Origin: Alphaproteobacteria bacterium
Lineage (GTDB): Bacteria; Pseudomonadota; Alphaproteobacteria; RF32; CAG-239
Assembly: GCA_047975765.1 (NCBI GenBank)
Contig: JBKEEF010000004.1
Location: forward strand, 7,960-71,959
Length of the DNA: 64,000 nt
Direction: 5' to 3'
A model generated the notes under the pieces. It was not told where the DNA came from, ran no database searches, and saw only the letters and a list, made by a program, of their open reading frames with translations. Made by a program: the position numbers and the translations under genes. Each line of letters begins with the position of its first letter. Within the stretch, counting starts at the first letter, position 1. Positions 58,836 through 64,000 of this stretch are shown piece by piece.

Positions 58836-59267
58836 ATGATAGATATAACTTATTGGCATTGGATTTCATTCGGCTTATTTATGATTTTCTCCGAATTGGT
58901 AACACCCGGTTTCTATTTCTTATGGATCGGTTTGGCTGCCGTCTTATCAGGTGTTGTAAGCTATATTTTCCCTGAACTTGACTTTGTGGTTATTGGAAGC
59001 ATTTTTGCAATTTCTTCAGTGGTCTTTTGTTATCTTGGAAAAATTTCTCTTTATAAAAAAGTTTCTAATGAAGCAAGTTCTTCTTTGAATAATCGTGCAG
59101 CACAAAATATTGGTCTAACAGTGGTTGTATTTGAAGAAATTGTCAATGGGGCTGGAAAAGTGAAAGTTGGTGACAGTGTTTGGCCTGCAAAATCTAAAGA
59201 AGACAAAAAAGTGGGTGATGCTGTGAAGATAGTTGATGTTGATGGGATTAGCTTTATCGTTGAATAG
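58836..59267 (+). CDS. NfeD/YbbJ-family membrane protein
   Basis: WHW, ELVTPGFYFLW, LNNR, GKVKVGDSVW; follows qmcA. Confidence 0.9.
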   Translation: MIDITYWHWISFGLFMIFSELVTPGFYFLWIGLAAVLSGVVSYIFPELDFVVIGSIFAISSVVFCYLGKISLYKKVSNEASSSLNNRAAQNIGLTVVVFEEIVNGAGKVKVGDSVWPAKSKEDKKVGDAVKIVDVDGISFIVE

Positions 59268-59284
59268 TATCTTTTAATGTTGAT

Positions 59285-59313
59285 AAAAGACAGCCCATTT
59301 GGGCTGTCTTTTT
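59285..59313. terminator. Bidirectional intrinsic terminator
   Basis: AAAAGACAGCCC-ATTT-GGGCTGTC-T5. Confidence 0.85.
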
Positions 59314-59325
59314 GGGTGTTAGTTA

Positions 59326-60081
59326 TTACCTGTCTAAGATGAAGTATTTTGAAATAGAAATCATCTCTCTTAAATATGTTCCAGGTCTGAGATATAATTC
59401 AAGAGGAGCAGAAAGTGTTGAAACATTTAAACCTTTATCATTTGCCACAGACTTAGCTCTAAAAATGTGAAAATCAGTAGTAATGAGAACAATTTTGTCT
59501 TTTTCATAATCTATAAAATTATTTTCCAGAAGCTCTTTGGAAAAAGTTAAGTTTTCAATAGTGTTTCTTGCTTTAGTTTCTTTAATAATGTTTGATTTGG
59601 GAACACCACATTCTGAAAGGTATTTAGCCATAGCTTTTGCTTCAGAAATATCTTCTCCTCTTCCCTGTCCACCTGAAACAAGAAAAATGATGTTGGGATT
59701 ATGTTTATGATATTCAAGTGCTTTATCTAATCTTGCCTTGAGCATTGGTGTGAGTTTTTCACCACGAATGCCTGAACCAAGAATAATTGCAAATCTTTCG
59801 TTGTAGTCTACTTCGTTTTGAACACCATGAAAAATAATAACATTGAGGAAAATAGTCAGAATAACGAATCCACTGAGGAAAGAGAAAGATATTATATTTT
59901 TAAGAAGCGGTGAGACTTTCGAGTAGCTGTAACCAATCCCCCACAATACAGTTCCTAGAAGAAATGAAAGCGTGTTGTTTACAGAAAAACCATAAATTAG
60001 TGTAAGAACAATACTTAAAATTATAAGAAAAACTCCTATAAAAATAAGTAGTTTCTCTAAAAGTCTTGCTGTTTTTTCCAT
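59326..60081 (-). CDS. YdcF/DUF218 (ElyC-like) membrane protein
   Basis: IILGSG, RLDKA, VSGGQG..E.ISEA, NTIEN, TTDFHIFRA, LRE. Confidence 0.9.
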   Translation of the reverse strand: MEKTARLLEKLLIFIGVFLIILSIVLTLIYGFSVNNTLSFLLGTVLWGIGYSYSKVSPLLKNIISFSFLSGFVILTIFLNVIIFHGVQNEVDYNERFAIILGSGIRGEKLTPMLKARLDKALEYHKHNPNIIFLVSGGQGRGEDISEAKAMAKYLSECGVPKSNIIKETKARNTIENLTFSKELLENNFIDYEKDKIVLITTDFHIFRAKSVANDKGLNVSTLSAPLELYLRPGTYLREMISISKYFILDR

Positions 60082-60154
60082 GTTCAATTTTCTCCGCTAA
60101 AAAATGGCACCTTTTCAGATGCCATTCTTTATATTTTTTTAACTCAATGCAATA

Positions 60155-60334
60155 CTAACTATTGATATCTTGTAGAGTCATTCTTAAAATTTGATCCTTT
60201 TGTTTAAGCTTTTCTCTTTTCAATTCTTCAATCTTTGCAAGGTTTTTCCAAATATGAGTTTCCTCTTCTTTGATTGATGCATCGAGCAAGGCATGCTTAA
60301 CTCTTAAAGTCTCAATCGTTAGTTCATGTTCCAT
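60155..60334 (-). CDS. DUF465/YdcH-like small protein
   Basis: L..KHA.LD..I.EE....IEELKREKLKQKDQI; AAGGAG RBS. Confidence 0.75.
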   Translation of the reverse strand: MEHELTIETLRVKHALLDASIKEEETHIWKNLAKIEELKREKLKQKDQILRMTLQDINS

Positions 60335-60450
60335 ACCCATACACTCCTTATTGTTAAATTGCAACCATGAGCCTATTATAATATGAAAATGATTTAAAAG
60401 CTATATCCTTTTTATTGTTTAAAACTAAAGTATTGTATTTTATATATTTT

Positions 60451-61269
60451 TTATGGCCACTGGATATATCCATAAGAGATAAGTAGGAGGAAACTACCTA
60501 ATGCAACACGATAGATTACAAAAGGTAAGAAGGTGGATTTTTTGAGCCACCACATCATCGCATAAATTGCAGTGATGGAGGCAATGAACGAATATGTAAT
60601 GCCATCAATCGCATAAATAACGCCAGACAGATTATCATTTTTCCAAAGTTCATATGCCACAAGCAATCCTGCACCAAAAATTGTAGGGATAGAAAGAAGC
60701 ATTGAAAACTTTGCTGCTTCTCTTCTTTCAAGCCCAAGGATGCGTCCAACGGTCATTGTGATACCAGAGCGGCTTGTTCCTGGAATAAGGGCAAAACATT
60801 GTGCAATACCAATCATAAGGGCATCTGAAATGGTGAGGTGATCAGTTTTTTTAATTGTCATTCCATATTTGTCAGCCAAGAAAAGTACAATTCCGAAAGA
60901 AAGGATTGTCCAACCAATTAGTTTTGTGTTTCTGACAAATTCTGTTCCATATTCGTGGAACGCAAGTCCTGCAAAAACAGCTGGAACAGTCGCAATGATG
61001 ATGAGATAGAAAAGCTTATTGCCAGCATTTTTGAAATTAGGCAAGAAAAAGCTTTTCAGAAGACCAATAAGCATTTTATATATTTCTTCAGAAAAATATA
61101 TCATCACAGCGAGAATAGAGCCGACATGGACGGCAATATCCATATCAATTCCTTGGTCAGGAAAAGATGTGAATTTTGAGAAAAGAATCAGGTGACCAGA
61201 CGAACTTACTGGCAAAAATTCTGTGATTCCTTGTAGAATTGCAATAAAAATTATGTTTAAAGTAGTCAC
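60451..61269 (-). CDS. uppP: Undecaprenyl-diphosphate phosphatase
   Basis: QGITEFLPVSSSGHL, PGTSRSGIT, FSMLLSIP, FVIYR. Confidence 0.95.
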   Translation of the reverse strand: MTTLNIIFIAILQGITEFLPVSSSGHLILFSKFTSFPDQGIDMDIAVHVGSILAVMIYFSEEIYKMLIGLLKSFFLPNFKNAGNKLFYLIIIATVPAVFAGLAFHEYGTEFVRNTKLIGWTILSFGIVLFLADKYGMTIKKTDHLTISDALMIGIAQCFALIPGTSRSGITMTVGRILGLERREAAKFSMLLSIPTIFGAGLLVAYELWKNDNLSGVIYAIDGITYSFIASITAIYAMMWWLKKSTFLPFVIYRVALGSFLLLISYGYIQWP

Positions 61270-61272
61270 TTC

Positions 61273-61695
61273 TTATTTTCCTTGGCTTATGTTGAGTGCG
61301 TTCATAATGCGTTTTTTTAGGAGAAGAGGCGAAATTGGTTTTACCAAATAATCGCAAATTCCCAGTTTCTTAGCATTCTTAACAGTGTTTTCTCTTGTGT
61401 CAATTGATATCATAATTATTGGAGTGTTTTTTAGAGCAACATCCGTAGATGTTCGAATATCTTTGATAAATTCTATCCCTTTGACGTCTGGCATTTCTTG
61501 ATCCAAAAGGATAATATCCATTCTGTTTGTTTGTAGAATTTCAAGAGCTTCTTTTGCATTTTCTGCTTCTTTTATATTTCGTACACCAATTCTTAGAAGA
61601 GCTGTTTTAATAAATGTTCTTGAAAATTTGTCATCATCAAGAATAAGACAGTTTATAGTATTTAGTTCGTTTGATTTCCTCATGGTTTCAAGCAT
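61273..61695 (-). CDS. Single-domain response regulator (CheY-like)
   Basis: LILDDD, LLDQEMP, IIMIS, YLVKP. Confidence 0.88.
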   Translation of the reverse strand: MLETMRKSNELNTINCLILDDDKFSRTFIKTALLRIGVRNIKEAENAKEALEILQTNRMDIILLDQEMPDVKGIEFIKDIRTSTDVALKNTPIIMISIDTRENTVKNAKKLGICDYLVKPISPLLLKKRIMNALNISQGK

Positions 61696-61734
61696 CTAAA
61701 AATCCTTCCAAAGATAAATTTGGTTCATATCTTA

Positions 61735-62574
61735 TTACAAAAAAGAACAATAGTCATCCTTATAATTCAGCGAGTTAGGGTCGAATCTGATTCCATCATG
61801 AGAGGCTCCCCAATGAAGATGAGGACCGGTTGATCTGCCTGTCGTTCCCACGGTTCCAATCACATCACCTTTCTTTACTTTGTCACCAACTTTCATTTTT
61901 GTGTCTGTCAGATGTGCATAAATCGTGAAAAGTTTATAACCATGATCAATAATAACCACATTTCCTGAATAGAAAAAATTATTCTTTCCGCTTAAAGTGA
62001 TGATACCGTCATTAGGCGCTTTCACTGGAGTTCCTTTGGGCGCAGCAATGTCCATTCCTTGATGTGGGTTCATCTTCTTGCCATTCATAATTCTCTGACC
62101 ACCATAATTTCCGCTAGTCCTACCTTTAAGAGGCATTTCTATTTTATTTTGCCAGAAGATTTCTTCTCTATCTTCTGTCATAGCGTTACGAATAGCCTTT
62201 CTCTCTCTTTCAATTTCTTTCACTTCTTTTTGTGAAGGTTCAACTTTTTTGGGTTCAATTCCTTTAATGTTTTGGATATCCCACTTTGTCGCAGAAATTG
62301 GAAAGTCATATATTTGGGTTTCGCCATTAAAATCTGTTGCAGAAATTTTGTGGTTAAGCTTATCATCCCTTTCAAATGCAAAGATGAATTTTCCATTGGA
62401 AGCAATGTCAATTTTTCTTCCGTCAACAGAGAGTGTTTCAATGTTTGTTGCAATACCACTTAATATTTGACCTTGAGCTCTTTTGCCACAAATTTGAATG
62501 CTACTTTCGTTTGCATATGAGACACTACTTATCAAACACAAACTAAAAATTAAATAAATCGCCTTGAATTTCAT
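61735..62574 (-). CDS. M23-family metallopeptidase
   Basis: HQGMD, IDHG, YAHL, GRSTGPHLHW. Confidence 0.92.
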   Translation of the reverse strand: MKFKAIYLIFSLCLISSVSYANESSIQICGKRAQGQILSGIATNIETLSVDGRKIDIASNGKFIFAFERDDKLNHKISATDFNGETQIYDFPISATKWDIQNIKGIEPKKVEPSQKEVKEIERERKAIRNAMTEDREEIFWQNKIEMPLKGRTSGNYGGQRIMNGKKMNPHQGMDIAAPKGTPVKAPNDGIITLSGKNNFFYSGNVVIIDHGYKLFTIYAHLTDTKMKVGDKVKKGDVIGTVGTTGRSTGPHLHWGASHDGIRFDPNSLNYKDDYCSFL

Positions 62575-63841
62575 CTTTTTTTGACACCACTTTTGTTTTG
62601 ATTTCACCATCTATGAATTTAATCTCTAAAAACTGACTCTTTTTTGCCTCTTCAACATTATATATTGTTTTGTTCTTGTTTTTAATCCATGCAAAACCTC
62701 TGTTGAGGACAGAATCTATTGAAACATTATCTAAACGTATCATCAAATTGTTTAAATTTTCCTTTTTCTTTTCGAAAATATTTGAAATATAATAAGGACT
62801 TAGCCTCGTTTGGATAATCAGATTTTGTTTTTGGTTGAGAAAATTTCGGAAGGCGTTTTTAAGACGTTCACTTCTATCATCCAGTTTTTGATTTGCTTCA
62901 AATAAAATTTGTGAGAGATTAGGGATACCTCGGCTTAAAGCTTCCAGATATGTTTTCTTTTCCATAAAAAAACGGTGAGAAGCATTTTTCAGCCTGTTTT
63001 GAAGATTGCTTACTTGTAGGAGAAGTTCATTTCTGACAGGAACGGCAAATTCTGCGGCACCAGTTGGTGTTGGAGCGCGTAAATCTGAAACATAGTCAAT
63101 GAGCATTGTATCCGTTTCATGGCCCACTGCAGAAATGATAGGAATTTCTGAATTAAAAACAGCTCGAATAACAATTTCTTCATTGAAAGGCCATAAATCT
63201 TCTAAGCTTCCACCACCACGTGCAACAATCAAGACATCAGGTTTATGACTTGAAGGAAGTTTATTAAATCCCTCAACAGCGGCAGCAATTTTTTCGGCAG
63301 CTCCTTCTCCTTGAACAGGCGTTGGCCAGAGCAAAATATGGCTAGGGAAACGGTCTGTGACTCGATGAATGATATCTCGAATAACCGCTCCGCTTGCACT
63401 GGTAATTACCCCAATTTTTTCGGGAAGAAATGGAATCTTCTTTTTATGTCTTTGATCAAACAAACCTTCTGCCATAAATTTTTGTTTGCGTTCTTCAAGG
63501 AGTTTAAGTAAAGCTCCTGTTCCAGCAACTTCCATTGTCTCAATAATGATTTGGTAAGAGGATTTTCCGGCAAAGGTTGTGATCTTTCCAGTGACAATCA
63601 CTTCCATTCCGTCTTCAGGTTTGAAGGGAAGGCGTATCATTGTGCCTTTCCAGCAGACGGCTGAAAGCGTTGCATTTTCATCTTTTAAGGAAAGATAATA
63701 GTGTCCTGAATCAGCAAGTTTTCCGCCGAAAATTTCTCCTTTAACACGAACACGGTTAAAGGTGTTTTCGACAAATCTTTTAATTTCAAAAGAAATTTCA
63801 CTTACAGTGAATTCTTTAGGTTGTATATTGTTTTCTATCAT
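62543..63841 (-). CDS. xseA: Exodeoxyribonuclease VII large subunit
   Basis: SGHYYLSLKD, GAVIRDI, ARGGGSLEDLW, SAVGHETD, RAPTPTGAAE. Confidence 0.96.
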   Translation of the reverse strand: MIENNIQPKEFTVSEISFEIKRFVENTFNRVRVKGEIFGGKLADSGHYYLSLKDENATLSAVCWKGTMIRLPFKPEDGMEVIVTGKITTFAGKSSYQIIIETMEVAGTGALLKLLEERKQKFMAEGLFDQRHKKKIPFLPEKIGVITSASGAVIRDIIHRVTDRFPSHILLWPTPVQGEGAAEKIAAAVEGFNKLPSSHKPDVLIVARGGGSLEDLWPFNEEIVIRAVFNSEIPIISAVGHETDTMLIDYVSDLRAPTPTGAAEFAVPVRNELLLQVSNLQNRLKNASHRFFMEKKTYLEALSRGIPNLSQILFEANQKLDDRSERLKNAFRNFLNQKQNLIIQTRLSPYYISNIFEKKKENLNNLMIRLDNVSIDSVLNRGFAWIKNKNKTIYNVEEAKKSQFLEIKFIDGEIKTKVVSKKDEIQGDLFNF

Positions 63842-64000
63842 TTTTTCCTCAAAATATATCTTTTTGAATTTTAGTTGAAATTTCTAGCCTTGTTAAGGGA
63901 AAAAACGCTTTTATGCCTTGGTTTTTATGTTTGACCTTTGAAAGCGATATCTCATTTAAAAATACTGAAATTTTCAAGTTTGAAAAGTAAACAAATTCCT

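Noticed and set aside
1-64000. CRISPR array, rRNA, IS transposase, integron integrase/attC array, alternative genetic code
   Set aside because: No regularly spaced direct repeats, rRNA-like tracts, or transposase/recombinase motifs were seen; conserved genes end normally at TAA, TAG and TGA.

Overview
AT-rich bacterial chromosome segment, standard genetic code, most likely an anaerobic alphaproteobacterium. The basis is alpha-type LexA with GTTC-N7-GTTC boxes, alpha-type TolB, DUF465 proteins and flagellin, and a class III RNR; a gut RF32/Rhodospirillales-like lineage is my inference only. The housekeeping backbone is prfA, dnaE, pepF, lysS, tRNA-Glu, tolB, ruvX, a nucleoside-salvage cluster (cdd-punA-deoC-deoA / deoB-pgeF), asmA-galU-cutA, pfkA, rpsU, uppP and xseA. 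Best leads: (1) about eight scattered, mostly unrelated orphan genes share a conserved Shine-Dalgarno-less promoter/leader module (TTCAAATCAAATTATT...AAAAT..TTATG); (2) a class III ribonucleotide reductase whose glycyl-radical domain is a separate 69-aa gene; (3) a five-gene YtkA/FixH + beta-barrel + FMN-binding-like + MacB/LolCDE-type ABC operon behind a perfect CsoR/RcnR-like operator, a candidate metal (Cu) trafficking system; (4) a structured GC-rich element after tRNA-Glu containing sense and antisense copies of the tRNA T-arm; (5) damaged or variable surface genes (beta-helix-insert flagellin, Cys-rich secreted proteins); (6) a Bacteroidota-like umuDC under an alphaproteobacterial SOS box. 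No CRISPR array, rRNA, transposase, integrase or reverse transcriptase was seen. All product calls come from motif recognition by eye; no database search was run.
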